Shown here in pieces: positions 60,813 to 61,990 of a stretch of 61,990 bases of DNA (its first letter is position 1; every line of letters starts with the position of its first letter). The position numbers and the translations under genes were made by a program. The stretch is from Akkermansia muciniphila. GTDB lineage: Bacteria > Verrucomicrobiota > Verrucomicrobiia > Verrucomicrobiales > Akkermansiaceae. The stretch lies in the NCBI GenBank assembly GCA_945862285.1, contig CAMAYN010000001.1, positions 1-61,990 of the forward strand, in the 5' to 3' direction. The notes beneath the pieces are model-generated. The model ran no database searches and was not told the origin of the DNA. It was given only the letters and a program-made list of their open reading frames with translations.

Positions 60813-61805
60813 ATGAAATCCGCACGATTTTTCTTCATCGCTTTTCTCTCCTTCATTGCCCTCATTCTCCTCAATGCCAGCACGTATTTCGTAGATGAAA
60901 GAGAGCAAGTTATTCTCACGCAGTTCGGTAAACCCGTGGGCTTGGCCGTCAATAGCGACCCCGCGAAAAGTGAGTCAGGTTTGCATTTTAAACTGCCATT
61001 CATCCAAAAGGTGAACCGAGTGGAAAAACGCATCATCGAGTGGGACGGCCCCGCTACTGAAATGCCAACACGCGATAAGCTCTATATCACTGTGGATAAC
61101 TTCGCCCGCTGGCGTATCACGGATCCTTTGAAATTCCTCGAAAGCCTGCGCGATGTTCGTTCGGCCATTTCTCGCTTAGATGACATCATCGGTGGTGCTA
61201 CGCGCAGCGTGATCGCGAAACATGATCTCATCGAAGTGATTCGCACCGATGCCACGCGCACCGCCATTTTGCCAGAAGATCTGATCAGCACAGGTATCCC
61301 TGCGGCATTGCCGAAAATCCGCTTCGGCCGTAAAGCTTTAGAAATGGAAATCCTGAATGCTGCACGCGATAAAGCGAAAACTTGGGGAATCGAATTGCTT
61401 GATGTCCGCTTCAAACGCCTCAACTACAAAGCAGGTGTCATCGATAAAATCTACGATCGCATGCGCAGTGAACGACAACAAATCGCGTCAAAATTCATCT
61501 CCGAGGGCGAGGGTGAAGCAGCCAAAATCAAAGGTCGCACGGAGAAAGAATTGCTAACAATTCAATCCGAAGCCTACCGCCAAGAGCAAGAAATCAAAGG
61601 CAAAGCCGATGCCGAAGCAACACAGATTTACGCCAACGCCTATAACACCAGCCCCCTCGCATCGGACTTCTACCAATTCATCAAAACGCTGGAAACTTAT
61701 CAGAAAACCATGAACGCAAGCACAACTGCCGTATTCACTACGAATAGCGATTTATTCCGCTTGCTCAAGCAGATCGATTCATCGGCGAGTAAGCAGCCAA
61801 AATAA
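60813..61805 (+). CDS. hflC: FtsH protease modulator HflC
   Basis: QVILTQFG, GLHFKLPF, DVRFKR, YDRMRSER, SEGEGEA and FYQF..TLETY. Confidence 0.92.
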   Translation: MKSARFFFIAFLSFIALILLNASTYFVDEREQVILTQFGKPVGLAVNSDPAKSESGLHFKLPFIQKVNRVEKRIIEWDGPATEMPTRDKLYITVDNFARWRITDPLKFLESLRDVRSAISRLDDIIGGATRSVIAKHDLIEVIRTDATRTAILPEDLISTGIPAALPKIRFGRKALEMEILNAARDKAKTWGIELLDVRFKRLNYKAGVIDKIYDRMRSERQQIASKFISEGEGEAAKIKGRTEKELLTIQSEAYRQEQEIKGKADAEATQIYANAYNTSPLASDFYQFIKTLETYQKTMNASTTAVFTTNSDLFRLLKQIDSSASKQPK

Positions 61806-61814
61806 AATCATCCC

Positions 61815-61990
61815 GTGACGAGAGAAGAATTGATTGAAAAAATCCGCAAGGTTGAAGCCCTCTATCATGCTACAAATTCGCAAGGCGAAGCCACTGCCGC
61901 TCAGACGGCGTTGCAAAAATTACGGTCACAACTGGATGCCGCCCCCGAGCCACTTGTGGAATACCAACTCAGCCTTGCCGATCCGTGGAA
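61815..61990 (+). CDS. Hypothetical protein (DUF2786-like N-terminus), truncated by the window end
   Basis: GTG start 10 nt after hflC; open to the window edge: VTREELIEKIRKVEALY..TNSQGEATAAQ...LADPW. Confidence 0.55.
   Translation, partial: MTREELIEKIRKVEALYHATNSQGEATAAQTALQKLRSQLDAAPEPLVEYQLSLADPW

Noticed and set aside
59817..61805. hflKC without adjacent hflX/ftsH as something unusual
   Set aside because: Stand-alone hflKC pairs are common.

Overview
A 62-kb bacterial window, almost certainly Verrucomicrobiota of the Luteolibacter/Akkermansiaceae type. The evidence is an Amuc_1098-1102 pilus-like operon, PEP-CTERM and H-X9-DG pilin-like genes, an autotransporter beta-strand-repeat protein and a GntR-LacI hybrid regulator. 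Housekeeping genes (ligA, murJ, polyprenyl synthase, aroD, gatCA, hflKC) alternate with accessory loci. Main observations: (1) a five-gene operon, divergent from regBA and with a RegA-type box in the shared promoter, encodes two beta-propeller/di-heme c enzymes around a PEP-CTERM protein with a CorA/MopE-like W-x-H...H motif, a candidate kynurenine-copper surface system; (2) a duplicated two-gene secreted module has a conserved N-terminus and exchanged C-termini, and one copy has an AT-rich C-terminal domain plus a lipoprotein gene, resembling polymorphic toxin/immunity loci; (3) LigA carries a ~260-aa in-frame kinase-like insertion bounded by REP-like arms; (4) three tandem arrays (42, 21 and 22 bp) share a TCGGAA core, one shows compensatory stem changes, and two are linked to paralogs of an uncharacterised ~155-aa helical protein that bracket a Type III R-M locus. 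No rRNA, tRNA, CRISPR or transposase was recognised. All family calls come from motif recognition by eye, not database searches.
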